Shown here: positions 12,702 to 25,861 of the stretch, in pieces
How positions within the stretch are numbered: the stretch's first letter is position 1
How the letters are laid out: every line of letters begins with the position of its first letter
NCBI GenBank assembly: GCA_963747145.1
Contig: CAVVDZ010000006.1
Span: forward strand, 311,756-375,755
Reading direction: 5' to 3'
Length of the DNA stretch: 64,000 bases
Source: an uncultured Gammaproteobacteria bacterium
GTDB lineage: Bacteria; Pseudomonadota; Gammaproteobacteria; Steroidobacterales; Steroidobacteraceae
Notes under the pieces: model-generated
What the model was told of the DNA's origin: nothing
Database searches by the model: none
Seen by the model: the letters and a program-made list of their open reading frames with translations, nothing else
Translations under genes and position numbers: made by a program

Positions 12702-13501
12702 GTCACGAGTCCCAGCCAGCAGAAACCCAATGCCAGGAGCGGCGTCGACGAGGTCAGGCTGTCGATGCGATCCAGCACGCCGCCATGGCCCGGCAACAGG
12801 TTGCCGCTGTCCTTCATGCCACGCTGGCGCTTGAACATGCTTTCCACGAGATCACCGACCACCGACACCAGTACCGCCGCGATGCACAGCGACAGGAAGC
12901 CGAGCGCGGGCAATTCGAACCAGGCCTTGCCGGCAAGGGCCACCAGCGAGCCGGCGACCAGGCCGCCGAGGACGCCTTCCCAGGTCTTGTTCGGGCTTAC
13001 CTGCGGGGCAAGCCGCAGCCGCCCAAAATGCCGCCCCGCGAAATAGGCACCGATATCGGCCGCCCAGGCGAGCACCAGCACGAAGATGACGAGTTCCCAG
13101 CCATGATCCGCCTGCAGGTACAGGCGCGCCAGTGCGAGCCAGGTCGGTGCGAGAGCCCACAGTCCCGCGATGGCTGCCAGGGTCCGGTGGCTGCGACCGG
13201 GCGCCAGCACGACCCAGGCGAAGAGCAGTATCCAGCCGAGCATCGCTACGATCAGCACGGCCTGGAGACTCTCCAGGCCGCGGCTTGCCAGCCACAGCGC
13301 TGCCATCACGACCGCACAGATTCCGACATAGGCGATGTGGGCTGCGGGCGACTCGAGCCCTGCCAGCGTCGCCCATTCCCAGGCGCCTGCCAGGATCATG
13401 ACGGCGAGTGCGACGATCGCGAACACCGGCGGCAACACGAGGAGCACGATCGCAAGCACCACGACCAGCCCGATCGCCGTGATGACGCGCTGCCCGAGCA
13501 T
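12698..13501 (-). CDS. cdsA: Phosphatidate cytidylyltransferase
   Basis: I trimmed the track ORF to the ATG at 13501, which overlaps the uppS stop as ATGA. The CDS signature [28 protein letters not shown] is present and the protein is multi-TM. Confidence 0.88.
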   Translation of the reverse strand: MLGQRVITAIGLVVVLAIVLLVLPPVFAIVALAVMILAGAWEWATLAGLESPAAHIAYVGICAVVMAALWLASRGLESLQAVLIVAMLGWILLFAWVVLAPGRSHRTLAAIAGLWALAPTWLALARLYLQADHGWELVIFVLVLAWAADIGAYFAGRHFGRLRLAPQVSPNKTWEGVLGGLVAGSLVALAGKAWFELPALGFLSLCIAAVLVSVVGDLVESMFKRQRGMKDSGNLLPGHGGVLDRIDSLTSSTPLLALGFCWLGLVT

Positions 13502-14253
13502 CAGCTGCGCCCCAGCTGGGCGGCAGTGCGCCCGAAACGCCGCTGCCGTCCGGCGAAGTCCACCAGCGCGCCTTCGTAGGTTGCCTCGTCGAAGTCCGGC
13601 CACAGCGTGTCGGTGAACCACAGTTCCGTATAGGCGAGGTCCCACAGCAGGAAATTGCTGATGCGCCGTTCGCCGCCGGTGCGGATGAAAAGATCCGGCT
13701 CCTCGCGGCCCGCGGTCGTCAGGCAGGCGGCGAATGCCGCCTCGTCGATCTCGCCCTGTCCCATCGTGCCGCCGACGACCTTGCCGGCAAGGCGCCGCGC
13801 GGCCTGCGCGATGTCCCAGCGGCCGCCATAGGCGACGGCGACGACGAGGTCCAGGCGCTCGTGGTTCGCGGTGCGAAGCTCCGCGGCGTTCATCCGCTCG
13901 ACCAGCGCCGGAGCAAGCTGCGAGCGCTCGCCGATGAATCGCAGCCGGACGCCGTTGGCATCCAGTTCCGCGACCTCGCGATCGAGCGCTTCCAGGAACA
14001 GCTGCATCAGCACGCCGACCTCGTCGGCCGGTCGCTGCCAGTTTTCGCTGGAGAATGCGAACAGCGTCAGTGCCGTCACGCCGCGCCGCACGGAGTGCTC
14101 GATCGTCGTACGAACCGTGCGCGCCCCGGCGCGATGGCCCGCGGCACGCGGCAGCGAGCGTTGCTCGGCCCAGCGGCCATTGCCGTCCATGATCACGGCG
14201 ACGTGGCGCGGCACCGGCCCTGCGCTCGGTTGTTCGGTGGCGGGTGCCGGCAT
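13501..14253 (-). CDS. uppS: Undecaprenyl diphosphate synthase
   Basis: I trimmed the track ORF to the M at 14253. It contains HVAVIMDGNGRWA and LTLFAFSSENWQRP motifs. Confidence 0.9.
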   Translation of the reverse strand: MPAPATEQPSAGPVPRHVAVIMDGNGRWAEQRSLPRAAGHRAGARTVRTTIEHSVRRGVTALTLFAFSSENWQRPADEVGVLMQLFLEALDREVAELDANGVRLRFIGERSQLAPALVERMNAAELRTANHERLDLVVAVAYGGRWDIAQAARRLAGKVVGGTMGQGEIDEAAFAACLTTAGREEPDLFIRTGGERRISNFLLWDLAYTELWFTDTLWPDFDEATYEGALVDFAGRQRRFGRTAAQLGRS

Positions 14254-14254
14254 G

Positions 14255-14812
14255 TCAGACCTGCAGCAGTTCTTTTTCTTTTTCGGCGAGCACGGCATCG
14301 ATGTCGTGCACATGCCGGTCGGTCAGTTTCTGGATCTCTTCCTGCGCGCGGCGGTCATCGTCCTCGGAGATCAGCTTCTCCTTGAGCATGTCCTTCAGTT
14401 CATTCATCAGGTCGCGCCGCACGGCGCGGACCGCGACGCGCGCATTTTCGGCCTCATGGCGCGCGACCTTGGTCAACTCGCGGCGACGCTCCTCGGTCAT
14501 CGGTGGCAGCGGCAGGCGGATTACCAGCCCCGCCGTATTGGGTGTCAGGCCCAGGTCGGACTTCTGGATCGCCTTCTCGACCGCGTGGACCGCCGCCTTG
14601 TCCCAGGGGGTGACGACGAGCGTGCGTGCGTCTTCGACGGTCACGTTCGCCACCTGGTTCAGCGGCACTTCGGTGCCGTAATACTCGACCTTGATGCCCT
14701 CGAGCAGGCCGGTGTTGGCGCGGCCCGTGCGCATCTTGCGGTAGTGGTCCCGCAACCCGGCAACGCACTTGGACATGCGTTGCGTCGCGTCGCGATTCAT
14801 CTCCTCGAGCAT
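14255..14812 (-). CDS. frr: Ribosome recycling factor
   Basis: I trimmed the 324-aa track ORF to [33 protein letters not shown]..., giving 185 aa, the typical RRF length and sequence. Confidence 0.93.
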   Translation of the reverse strand: MLEEMNRDATQRMSKCVAGLRDHYRKMRTGRANTGLLEGIKVEYYGTEVPLNQVANVTVEDARTLVVTPWDKAAVHAVEKAIQKSDLGLTPNTAGLVIRLPLPPMTEERRRELTKVARHEAENARVAVRAVRRDLMNELKDMLKEKLISEDDDRRAQEEIQKLTDRHVHDIDAVLAEKEKELLQV

Positions 14813-14835
14813 GACTGCGTCCTCATGGAAGGCTG

Positions 14836-15576
14836 CTACAGCCCGTTCGCGACCAGCGTGCCCACATCCTCGCCGTCGACGATGCGCATCAGGTCGCCTT
14901 CGTTCATCAGGTTGAAGACACGGAGCGGCAGGCCGTTGTCGCGGCACATGACGATGGCCGTCGCATCCATGACGCCCAGGCGGTCGTCGAGCACCTTGTC
15001 GAAGGACAGGGTCTTGTATCGTTGCGCTTTCGGATTGCGGACCGGATCGTCGTCGTAGATCCCGTTGACCTTGGTCGCCTTCAGCAGCAGGTCGGCGTCG
15101 ATCTCGATGGCGCGCAGCGCCGCCGCCGTATCGGTCGTGAAGAATGGGTTGCCAGTGCCGGCCGCGAAGATTACGCAGCGGCCCTTCTCGAGGTGGCGCA
15201 CGGCGCGGCGCCGGATGTAGTCCTCGCACACTTCCTGGACCCGGAGCGCCGACTGGACGCGCGCGTGGGCGCCGAGCGCCTCCAGCGCATCCTGCAGCGC
15301 GAGGCCATTCATGACCGTCGCGAGCATGCCCATGTGGTCGGCCGTCACGCGGTCCATGCCGGCGCGCGCGAGGCCCGCGCCGCGGAAGATGTTGCCGCCG
15401 CCGATTACGACCGCGACCTGCACGCCGCGCGCCAGGACGTCCCGGATCTCGCCGGCGACGCGCTTCAGGATGATCGGATCGATGCCGTAGTCCTCGGCGC
15501 CGAGCAAGGCCTCGCCGCTGACCTTCAGCAGTATCCGCGACAGCGACTTGCGGGCCTGCGGTTCCGACGTACCCAT
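14836..15576 (-). CDS. pyrH: UMP kinase
   Basis: Contains [11 protein letters not shown] and [12 protein letters not shown] prefer the ATG at 15576 over the adjacent GTG at 15579 because the GGAGG sits just upstream. Confidence 0.93.
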   Translation of the reverse strand: MGTSEPQARKSLSRILLKVSGEALLGAEDYGIDPIILKRVAGEIRDVLARGVQVAVVIGGGNIFRGAGLARAGMDRVTADHMGMLATVMNGLALQDALEALGAHARVQSALRVQEVCEDYIRRRAVRHLEKGRCVIFAAGTGNPFFTTDTAAALRAIEIDADLLLKATKVNGIYDDDPVRNPKAQRYKTLSFDKVLDDRLGVMDATAIVMCRDNGLPLRVFNLMNEGDLMRIVDGEDVGTLVANGL

Positions 15577-15602
15577 CACCCCTCCATCCTGCCGCTGATT
15601 AT

Positions 15603-15630
15603 AAGGAACCCCGCCGTGGCGGGGTTCCTT
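15603..15630 (-). terminator. Stem-loop between tsf and pyrH (partial terminator or attenuator)
   Basis: AAGGAACCCCGCC / GGCGGGGTTCCTT forms a 13-bp perfect stem with a 2-nt loop, about 20 nt after the tsf stop. It is followed by ATAAT rather than a long U-tract. Confidence 0.5.
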
Positions 15631-15652
15631 GTCCTGTCCGGGCGATTCGGCC

Positions 15653-16549
15653 TCAGCGTCGGCCCTCGGCGGCCTTCACCTGGGCCATCACTTCCTCGGC
15701 AAAGTTCTCCTGCCGCTTTTCGATGCCCTCGCCGACCTCGTAGCGCAGGAATGCGGTGACCGTTGCGCCAGCAGCCTCGACCAGCTTGCCGACCGAAGTG
15801 TCCGGATCCTTCACGAATGGCTGGCCGGTCAGGCAAATCTCGGCGAGATACTTGCGGAGCCGCCCCTCGACCATCTTGTCGACGATCGCGGCGGGCTTGC
15901 CTTCGGCGGCTGCCTGGGCGGCGAGGATCTCGCGCTCCTTGGCAAGCATCGTTTCGGGGACGTCGGACGGCTGCACGTACTGCGGGCTGGCAGCCGCCAC
16001 GTGCATGGCAAGGTCTCGCGCGAGCGTGGCGTCGCCGCCTTTCATGCCGACCAGCGTGCCGATCCGCGTGCCGTGCACATAGCTGCCGATGACGGTCGGC
16101 GCGGCAAGCGGTGCCAGGCGACGAATCGTGATGTTCTCGCCGATCCTCGCGATCAGGTGACGCCGCGTCTCCTCGACCGTCGTGCCACCGGCAAGCGCCA
16201 GTGCCGCGGCGCTCTCCACGGTCGTCACGTTCGCCTGCAGGGCCGCGGCCGCGACGGCGGCTGCGAACGATTGGAAGTCCTGCTCGCGCGCGACGAAATC
16301 GGTCTCGCAATTGACCTCGACCAGGATCGCGCTCCGGCCGTCGGCGCTCTTCGCGACGACCACGGCGCCTTCGGCCGCGATGCGCGCCGCTTTCTTGTCG
16401 GCTTTCGCGAGGCCCGCCTTGCGCATGATCTCGGCGGCCGCGTCCAGGTCGCCACCGGTTTCCACCAGGGCCTTCTTGCACTCCATCATGCCGGCGCCGG
16501 TGCGCTCGCGAAGCGTCTTGACCACTTCGGCCGTGATTGCCACTGTCAT
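15653..16549 (-). CDS. tsf: Elongation factor Ts
   Basis: 298 aa starting [34 protein letters not shown]. Confidence 0.95.
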   Translation of the reverse strand: MTVAITAEVVKTLRERTGAGMMECKKALVETGGDLDAAAEIMRKAGLAKADKKAARIAAEGAVVVAKSADGRSAILVEVNCETDFVAREQDFQSFAAAVAAAALQANVTTVESAAALALAGGTTVEETRRHLIARIGENITIRRLAPLAAPTVIGSYVHGTRIGTLVGMKGGDATLARDLAMHVAAASPQYVQPSDVPETMLAKEREILAAQAAAEGKPAAIVDKMVEGRLRKYLAEICLTGQPFVKDPDTSVGKLVEAAGATVTAFLRYEVGEGIEKRQENFAEEVMAQVKAAEGRR

Positions 16550-17577
16550 TCCCCGTTCTTGTCGGACTTTCTCAATCCCGGCTTGCGGCGCACCGCAGGC
16601 TTGCTGCGCCCTTCCTCCGGAATCACGCCGATGATGATCGCCTCATCAACGATGGCCTCGTCTTCCGCCAGGTCGGCGGGCTCCACGGCGTCGGTCACCA
16701 CCGCGGGTGCCGACAATTCGGCGGCGGAGGCGGTCTCCGGCGGGGCGGCGGCGGCCGGCACGCGCGCACGCGCTGGCGCCTTGCGCCGGACGTTGGCGGC
16801 CTTGCCGCGCGGTCCGCGGGCGGCGGACTTGCGGCGCGGCTGGCCTTCCTCGTCGAGTTCGACGAACTCGTCCTCGCCGGCCGGCACGACCGGCACCGAG
16901 GACTTGCCGTCGATGACGGCCTCGGCGATGCCTGACGCGTACAGCTGGATCGCCCGCATCGCGTCGTCGTTGCCGGGGATCACGTAGTCGATCTGTTCGG
17001 GTGAGCAGTTGCTGTCCACGATCGCGACGACCGGGATGCCGAGCTTGCGCGCCTCGTGGACCGCGATGTCCTCGTGGCCGACGTCGACGACGAACAGCGC
17101 GTCCGGCAGCGCATTCATGTCCTTGATGCCGCCGAGGCTGCGCAACAGCTTCTCCAGCTCGCGCCGGAGCTTCTGGGCTTCCTTCTTGTTGCGGCGGTCG
17201 AGCGCGCCCGACGTGCGCAGCTCCTCGAGTTCGTGCAGGCGCTTGATCGACTGGCGGATGGTCTTGAAGTTCGTCAGCATGCCGCCCAGCCAGCGCTGGT
17301 TCACGTAGGGCATGCCGCAACGCATCGCCTCGACCTGGATTGCGTCGCGCGCGCTGCGCTTGGTGCCGACGAACAGCACCTTGCCGCCGTCGGCGATAAC
17401 GCCCTTGACGAAGTTCGTCGCCTCGTTGAACAGCGGCAGGGTCTTCTCGAGGTTGATGATGTGGATCTTGTTCCGCTCGCCGAAGATGAATGGGGCCATC
17501 TTCGGGTTCCAGAAGCGGGTCTGGTGTCCGAAATGGACACCCGCTTCCAGCATCTGTCGCATGGACACGCTGGCCAT
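16546..17577 (-). CDS. rpsB: 30S ribosomal protein S2 with a long C-terminal tail
   Basis: I trimmed the track ORF to the ATG at 17577 (AGGAGcaatcATG): [27 protein letters not shown]. The conserved S2 core is followed by a ~95-aa charged/Ala-rich tail. The stop overlaps the tsf ATG (ATGA). Confidence 0.9.
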   Translation of the reverse strand: MASVSMRQMLEAGVHFGHQTRFWNPKMAPFIFGERNKIHIINLEKTLPLFNEATNFVKGVIADGGKVLFVGTKRSARDAIQVEAMRCGMPYVNQRWLGGMLTNFKTIRQSIKRLHELEELRTSGALDRRNKKEAQKLRRELEKLLRSLGGIKDMNALPDALFVVDVGHEDIAVHEARKLGIPVVAIVDSNCSPEQIDYVIPGNDDAMRAIQLYASGIAEAVIDGKSSVPVVPAGEDEFVELDEEGQPRRKSAARGPRGKAANVRRKAPARARVPAAAAPPETASAAELSAPAVVTDAVEPADLAEDEAIVDEAIIIGVIPEEGRSKPAVRRKPGLRKSDKNGE

Positions 17578-17697
17578 GATTGCTCCTGTTCGGGTTAAGC
17601 CTCCGCGGATCCGCATGCGGCAACCAGGCCCGAAGGCCCGGCACCCAGCCGCACGTGACGATACGCGTGTGGATTTGGTTGAGAAAAAACGCCGCGC

Positions 17698-17726
17698 TTT
17701 ATACCATCTTTGTCCCGTCGAAACAA
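17698..17726 (-). promoter_or_regulatory. Candidate sigma-70 promoter of rpsB
   Basis: On the minus strand: TTGTTT, a 17-nt spacer, then TATAAA, about 115 nt upstream of the rpsB ATG. The leader contains a UUCG-capped hairpin (17624..17641). Confidence 0.4.
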
Positions 17727-17747
17727 CGTGATAGGCGCGAACCCGCG

Positions 17748-18544
17748 ATGCTGATGGCACGTCAGGCCCAGGTCACCATCAAATCGCCCGCTGAACAGCA
17801 GGCGATGCGCGTGGCCGGGCGCCTCGCGGCCGACGTCCTGGACATGATCGGCCCCCGGGTGCAGGCCGGCGTCACCACGGGCGAGCTCGACCGGATCTGC
17901 CACGATTTCATCGTGGACGTCCAGAAAGCCATCCCGGCGCCCTTGAATTACAAGGGCTTTCCGAAGTCGATCTGCACCTCGGTCAACCACGTCGTCTGCC
18001 ATGGGATCCCGGGCGACCGGCAGTTGCGCTCCGGCGACATCGTCAACATCGACGTCACGGTCATCAAGGACGGCTACCACGGCGACACCAGCCGCATGTT
18101 ACTTCGTCGGCAAGCCGCTCGGTCCAGGCCCAGCGCCTGCTGCGAGCATCGGCTTCGAGGCCATGTGGCGCGGCATCCGCCAGGTGCGCCCGGGCGCGCG
18201 CCTCGGCGACATCGGCCACGCGATCCAGCAATATGTCGAGTCCCAGGGCTATTCGGTGGTGCGCGAGTACTGCGGCCACGGCATCGGCCGCGTCTTCCAC
18301 GAGGATCCCGCAGGTGCTGCACTACGGCGAGCCCGGCACCGGCCTCGAGATCGAGCCCGGCATGACATTCACGATCGAGCCGATGGTCAACGCAGGCAAG
18401 CGCCACGTGCGCGCTGCTGCCCGACGGCTGGACCGTCGTCACCAAGGATCACTCGTTGTCCGCGCAGTGGGAACACACGCTCCTGGTGACGCCCGGCGGA
18501 TTTGAAGTCCTGACGCTCGGCAGCGCCGTCGCGCGCAGAGCTGA
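17748..18544 (+). pseudogene. map: Methionine aminopeptidase, reading frame broken by at least 6 single-base insertions (3' end uncertain)
   Basis: Frame 0 reads [28 protein letters not shown]...GYHGDTSRM. The MetAP sequence then continues only by hopping +1 at about 18099, 18118, 18140, 18147, 18310 and 18410. The pieces are YFVGKP / SVQAQRL / CE / IGFEAMW...[12 protein letters not shown] / QVLHYG...NAGKRHV / [23 protein letters not shown]. Confidence 0.85.
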
Positions 18545-18547
18545 TCC

Positions 18548-21298
18548 GTGCGCGCCGGTCGCACCGAAGCAGCGATGGTCCGGAGCCGTCGCGGCCAGCG
18601 GCGCCGGTCGCTGGGCCTATGCCGCGGCGCTGAAGCCGGTCGCCGGGGCGAACGAACGCTCCGCGACTCGCGCGGCGCTCTGGCAGGCGACCGAACTCGC
18701 GCGCCGCTTCCACGCCGGCGAGGCCGTCGAAACGCTGGTGCGCGACGCGCGCGCAGCTCGTCGACGCGCTGCTGCTGCGCGCCTGGCGCAGCGCGGCCGG
18801 CCCATCGGCCGACGAGCTTGCGCTGGTCGCCGTCGGCGGCTACGGCCGCGGCGAGCTGCACCCGCGTTCCGACGTCGACATCATGGTGCTCCTGCCGCAG
18901 GGCGACGCCAGCCGCGGCGGACCGCTGCGTCGAGCGCTTCTCTGACCTTCCTCTGGGACATCGGCCTCGAGATCGGCCACAGCGTGCGCACGCTCGACGA
19001 GTGCCAGCGACGAGGCGCGCGCCGACATCAGCCGTCGCGACCACGCTGATCGAGGCGCGCCTGCTCGCGGGCCCCGAGCCGCTCTTCTCGGCCATGCGCC
19101 GCGGTTGCGCCCGACCGGCGTGTGGCCGTCGCGCGATTTCTTCGACGGCGAAGCTCGCGCGAGCAGACCGCAACGCCATCATCCGCTATCACGACACCGC
19201 CTACAACCTCGAGCCGAACGTCAAGGCAGAGCCCGGGCGGCCTGCGCGACATCCAGACCATCGGCTGGGTCGCGAAGCGGCATTTCGGCGCTGAACACGC
19301 TGCGAGGAACTCGCGAGCCACGGCTTCCTGACCGCGCGACGAGCTGCGCGCGACTGCAGGCGGCGCAGGCCTTCCTGTGGCGCGTGCGCTTCGCGCTGCA
19401 CCTGGTCACGCGGCCGGCGCGAGGACCGGCTGCTGTTCGACCACCAGATCAGGCTCGCGCGCATGTTCGGCTACGAGGACGCGACCTACACGCTCGCGGT
19501 CGAGCAGTTCATGCAGCGCTACTACCGCACGGTGATGGATCGTGCAGCGGCTCAACGAAATGCTGCTGCAGCTCTTCCGCGAGGCGATCCTGGCCGACGC
19601 GAGCGCCGGACCGTCGCGCTGTCACGGCAGTTCCAGGAGCGCGACGGCTACCTCGAGGTCACGGGCGACGACGTCGTTCGCTGCGCAACCCGTCGGCACT
19701 GCTCGAGCTGTTCCTCGTGCTGCAGCAGACACCCGGCGCTCGCGGCGTGCGCGCCGACACGATCCGCCTCGTCACGCCAGAGCCTGTGGCTGATCGACGA
19801 GGAGTTCCGCCAGAACCCGCGCAATCACCGGCTGTTCCTCGAGATCCTGCGACGCGCGAGCCGGCGTCACGCACGAACTGCGGCGCATGAATCTCTACGG
19901 CGTGCTCGGCCGCTACATCCCCGCCTTCGGCCGCATCGTCGGGCGCATGCAGTACGACCTGTTCCACGCCTACACGGTCGATGCGCACACGCTGTTCGTG
20001 GTCAGCAACCTGCGGCGCTTTGCGCTCGAACGCTACGACCACGAGTTCCCGAAGCTGCGGCAGATCTGTCCGCGCGCTGCCGAAACCCGGAGCTCGCCTA
20101 CCTCGCGGCGCTGTTCCACGACATCGCCAAGGGCCGCGGCGGCGATCACTCCGAGCTCGGCGCCGTCGATGCCGAGGCCTTCTGCCTCGAGCAGGGCCTG
20201 TCGCGCTACGACGCGCGCCTCGTCGCCTGGCTGGTGCGCAACCATCTGCTGCTGTCGGTGACCGCGCAGAAGCAGGACATCGCCGACCCGCAGGTCATCA
20301 ACGCGCTTCGCGCGCGAGCGTCGGCGACCAGGCCCACCTCGACTACCTGTACGCTGCTGACCGTCGCGGACGTGCGCGGCACCAATCCGAAGCTGTGGAA
20401 CTCCTGGAAGGCGACGCTGTTCGACGAGCTTCTACGAGCGCGTCAAGCGCGCGCTCCGCCGCGGCCTCGAGAGCCCGATCGACCGCGAGGAACTCGTTGC
20501 CGAGACGCAGGCGCAGGCGCGCGCAGCTGCTGCGCGACGCGCCGGCGTCGATCCGCGGCGATCGACGCGTCTGGGCATCGCTGCACCGACACCTATTTCC
20601 TGCGGCATTCCGCCGCGGAGATCGCCTGGCACACCGGGGAGCTCGCCGCGCGCGACCCCGCCGACGCGAGCCCGCTGGTCGCCGTGGCCGAACATCCCGA
20701 GCCGCGGCGGCGCGACCGTCGTGCTGGTGCTACACGCCGCGGCCGCCGACACAGCTTCGCGCGCACGACCGCGGCGCTCGACCAGATGGGGCTCAGCATC
20801 CAGGACGCACGCATCACGCCGACGCACGACGACGCGAGCCTCGACACCTACCTCGTGCTCGAGGACACCGGCATGCCGATCACCGACGCCAGCGCATGGC
20901 GAGATCGAGCGCAGCTTGCCCGCGCGCTGTCCGACCGGAACGCGGCGACGCCCGCAGTGACGCGGCGCATGCCGCGCCAGGCGCGCATGTTCACGACGCC
21001 GACGCAGGTCGACATTCACGCGACGACGCGGCGAATGAGCGTACCATCCTCGAGCTCGTCGCCGGCGATCGCCCGGGCTGCTGTCCGAGATCGGCCAGGT
21101 CTTCTGTGGGACAGCGCGTCGACGTGTGCACGGCGCGCAAGATCATGACCGTCGGCGAGCGCGCGGAGGACGTCTTCTACGTGACCGACGAGCACGAGCC
21201 GCCCGCTCGACGCGCCGCGACGCGGACAGCGCTCGCGCGAGCGCCTGCAGCAGGCGCTCGACGCGCGCGACGCCGCGAGCCCGACGGCGCGCCCGCGG

Positions 21299-21306
<8 letters not shown>
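18548..21306 (+). pseudogene. glnD: [Protein-PII] uridylyltransferase, heavily frameshifted (start approximate)
   Basis: GlnD motifs are scattered over all three plus frames: [120 protein letters not shown], and C-terminal ACT-like parts. I reconstructed insertions at about 18747-18753, 18913, 18941, 19003 and 19030, and roughly 7 more between 19090 and 19230. Confidence 0.85.
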
Positions 21307-22130
<824 letters not shown>

Positions 22131-22154
22131 ACGGCGCTATGCGCGGGCGAGGTC

Positions 22155-22219
22155 GGGCGGGGTCCCGCTCGTGAACTCCGTCGGAAGTTCCGAGCGAGTT
22201 CACCGGCGGGACCCCGCCC
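22155..22219. terminator. Long inverted repeat between convergent dapD and pstB (bidirectional terminator candidate)
   Basis: GGGCGGGGTCCCGCTCGTGAACTC (22155..22178) pairs with GAGTTCACCGGCGGGACCCCGCCC (22196..22219). The arms are 24 nt with a 2-nt internal mismatch. Confidence 0.6.
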
Positions 22220-22253
22220 ATCCCGCCCGCGCTCCTCGCTCTTCGCCTCGATC

Positions 22254-23125
22254 CTAGCCGAATCGACCGGTGATGTAGTCCTCGGTCAGGCGGTGCTTCG
22301 GGTTCGTGAAGATCATGTCGGTCTCGCCGACTTCGATCAGATCGCCGAGATGAAAGTAGGCGGTGCGTCGAGAGACACGCGCCGCCTGTTGCATCGAGTG
22401 CGTGACGATGCAAATCGCGTAGTTCTGCCGCAGCTCATCGATGAGATCCTCGATGCGCGCCGTCGCAATCGGATCGAGCGCCGAGCAGGGCTCGTCCATC
22501 AGGATCACCTCCGGGTTCGACCGCGATGGTGCGCGCGATGCAGAGCCGCTGCTGCTGGCCGCCCGACAGCGCCGTACCCGCCTGGTGCAGCCGGTCCTTG
22601 ACCTCTTCCCAGAGCCCGGCGCGCTGCAGGCTGGTCTGGACGATCTCGTCGAGTTCGGTGCGATCCGCCGCGAGTCCGTGGATGCGCGGCCCGTAGGCGA
22701 CATTCTCGTAGACGGACTTCGGGAACGGATTCGGCTTCTGGAACACCATGCCGACGCGCGCGCGCAGCTGCACGACGTCCTGCCGCCTGTCGTAGATGTC
22801 CTGACCGTCCAGCGTGATCGCGCCCGTTACGACCGCCGACGGTATCGTGTCGTTGAGCCGATTGAGGCAGCGCAGCAAGGTGCTCTTGCCGCAGCCCGAC
22901 GGCCCGATCATCGCGATCACCTCGTTGTGGCCGACGTCGAGGCTGACGTCGCGGATCGCGTGCTTGTCGCCGTAGTACACGTCGACCTGCCGGCAGGTCA
23001 TCACCGGATTCGGCACTGTCGACGTCGCCGACAGTCCTGCGTGCCGTCGCCTCGCTGCCGCCCGCCGCGGCGGTCGCGGTCTCGAGCGCGGCGCTGCGGC
23101 TCTGCGTCTGCGATTCGACTGCCAT
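22254..23125 (-). pseudogene. pstB: Phosphate ABC transporter ATP-binding protein, at least 2 frameshifts
   Basis: Walker A ([14 protein letters not shown]), the [13 protein letters not shown] signature, then [14 protein letters not shown]...[11 protein letters not shown] continues in another frame. An extra base sits in GAACCCgGAGGTG at about 22511-22512. The N-terminus MAVESQTQ... (ATG at 23125) is in a third frame. Confidence 0.88.
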
Positions 23126-23152
23126 GTCCGGATTCTCCAGCGTCCATTGCGC

Positions 23153-24474
23153 TCACCAGCGCCGCTCGAATTTCTGCCGCAGGATCACGGCCGCGGCATT
23201 CATGACCAGCAGGAACGCGAGCAGCACCATGATAGCGCCCGAGGTGCGCTCGAGAAATGCGCGTTCCGGGCTGTCCGCCCACAGGAAGACCTGCACCGGC
23301 AGCACGGTCGCCGGATCGGTGAGGCTGCTCCGGCACGTCCGCGATGAAGGCGACCATGCCGATCATCAGCAGCGGCGCCGACTCGCCGAGCGCGCGCGCC
23401 ATGCCGATGATCGCGCCGGTCAGCATGCCCGGCATCGCGAGCGGCAGCACGTGGTGCAGCACGACCTGCACCTGCGATGCGCCCATGCCGAGCGCGGCCT
23501 CGCGTATCGACGGAGGCACGGCCTTGATCGCCGCGCGGCTCGCGATGATGATCGTCGGCAACGTCATCAGCGTCAGCACCAGCCCGCCGACCAGCGGCGC
23601 CGATCGCGGCACGCCGAAGAACTGGATGAACACGGCGAGGCCCAGCAGGCCGAACACGATGGACGGCACGGCGGCCAGGTTGTTGATGTTCACCTCGATC
23701 AGGTCGGTGAACCGGTTGGCCGGCGCGAATTCCTCCAGATAGACGGCGGCTGCGACCCCGATCGGGAATGACAGCAGCAGCGTGACCGCGAGCGTCAGGA
23801 ACGAGCCGACGACGGCGCCCAGCACGCCCGCCTGCTCGGGCTCGCGCGAATCCCCCGCCGTGAAGAACACGCGGTTGAATCGCCGCTCCATGCGATGGTC
23901 CGCGGTCAACGCATCGAGCCACCCGAGCTCCTGATCCGACACCACGCGCTGTTCCTCGGGCAACTGTGCGATCGATCTTGCCCTTGACGAGCTGGTCGAT
24001 GTCGTCGGAAGCCATCAGCCAGAGTTCGCGGGTCTGGCCGATCAGCCCGGATCCGCCAGCACCAGATCGCGCAACTCGAACTCCGCGCCGCCGCTGACGA
24101 GTCCGTACAGCTTGCGCAAGTCGCGGCCGGCCTTCGACCTGCGGGAATCGCTGGCGCAACGCCTGCTTGACGAGGCCCGAGTAGTCGCCCGCGCGCAGCG
24201 ACTCGATCGCTTCTTTGACCTTCCGGATCAATCAGTTCCGGATCGAATCGTAATGTCGATCCGGACATAGGTCTGGACGAAAGGCCGTGTAGCCCGTGCT
24301 GATGATCGACATGAACAGGAATGCGACGAACACCAGGCCGGACAACGGCCGCGGCAAGTCCATAGATCTGGAAGCGGAGTTCCGCGCGATAGCGCCGGCG
24401 CAGGCCCCGCTCGACGAGTTCGCGGACCTTCGTCTGCGCCTGCGGGCTCTTCGCTGCGGTCCGGACTATTCATA
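23153..24474 (-). pseudogene. pstA: Phosphate ABC transporter permease PstA (long form), multiple frameshifts
   Basis: The start ATGAATAG overlaps the pstC stop. Recognisable pieces lie in three frames: RRYRAELRFQIYGL.., IRKVKEAIESLRAGDYSGLVKQAL, the permease core AVYLEEFAPANRFTDLIEVNINNLAAVPSIVFGLLGL...GMARALGESAPLLMIG, and the true C-terminus SLTDPATVLPVQVFLWADSPERAF...[10 protein letters not shown] (stop at 23153). Confidence 0.82.
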
Positions 24475-25861
24475 TTGCTCCCGGTAGCGGCGCACGACGT
24501 GCAGCGCAATCACGTTGAGGAGCAGCGTGACCAGGAACAGCACGAGGCCGAGCGCGAAGGCCGCCAGCGTCTTCGGGCTGTCGAACTCCTGGTCGCCGAC
24601 CAGCAAGCGTCACGATCTGCACGGTCACGGTCGTCACCGCCTCGAGCGGATTCGCGGTCAGGTTCGCCGAGAGTCCGGCGGCCATCACGACGATCATCGT
24701 CTCGCCAATCGCTCGCGACACGGCGAGCAGCACGCCGCCGACGATGCCCGGAAGCGCCGCGGTCAGCACGACCTTGCGGATCGTCTCCGAACGCGTGGCG
24801 CCCAGCCCATAGGAACCATCGCGCAGCGACTGCGGGACGGCCGTGATCATGTCGTCGGCGAGCGACGAGACGAAGGGAATGATCATGATGCCCATCACGA
24901 GGCCGGCGGCCAGGGCACTCTCGGACGCCACAGTGAGACCCAGGCTCTCGCCGGCGTCACGAAGCAATGGGGCGACGGTCAAGGCGGCGAAGAAGCCATA
25001 GACCACCGTCGGAATGCCGGCCAGGACTTCGAGCACCGGCTTGGTGAACGATCGGAATCCGCGGCTGGCGTATTCAGCGAGGTAGATCGCAGAGAACAGG
25101 CCGACGGGAACGGCGATCGCCATCGCGATGAAGGAGATCAGCAAGGTGCCGGCAAACAGCGGCACGGCACCGAAGGCGCCTGAGGAGCCCACCTGATCGG
25201 CACGGATCGCAATCTGCGGACTCCATTGGGTGCCGAATATGAATTCCGTCACCGGGACCAGCCGGAAGAATTGCAGCGACTCATAGAGCACCGAAAGGAC
25301 AATGCCGATGGTCGTCATGATCGCGATCAGCGAGCAGCCCAGCAGTGCGGCACGGACAACCTGTTCCACGCGATTGCGCGCCCGGAGCGCAGGCGAAATG
25401 CGCGAGAGGGCGATCCAGCCGCCAGCAATGGCGATGGACAGCGCAAGTACCGCGATACCCATCCGGCTCAATCCATCGAGCCGTCGCCATTGCTGGGCGG
25501 CAGCGGCGACCTCGGGCCTCACGGAATCCGCCGCCACGTTGCCCGCGACCACGTTCCGCACGTCGTTCAGCACCAGCGACAGCTCGCCAGGCGACAGATG
25601 CTGCGCGGTGCCAGGCATGGACTGCATCACCTGGCTTGCGATGATCCGATCGTCCAGCGCCTGCCAGCCAAGCACGACGATCAGCGCCGGCAGGCTGCAC
25701 CAGATCGCAGTCAGCAGGCCGTAGTAGGACGGCAGGGAGTGCAGCTTGCGCGCGCCACGTGCGCCGCCGGCGACACGCAGCGAACGTGCGCGTCCGAGCT
25801 GATAGGCAATGGCCGTCAGCACCAAGAGCGCCAGAATCAACGTAGAGGTTTGCATCCGCAT
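24466..25861 (-). pseudogene. pstC: Phosphate ABC transporter permease PstC (long form), one frameshift near the 3' end
   Basis: The sequence is intact from MRMQTSTLILALLVL... through ...VTVQIVTL. An extra base at about 24604 shifts the frame. The true tail, LVGDQEFDSPKTLAAFALGLVLFLVTLLLNVIALHVVRRYREQYE, ends at TAG 24466..24468. The start may be the second ATG at 25855. Confidence 0.88.
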
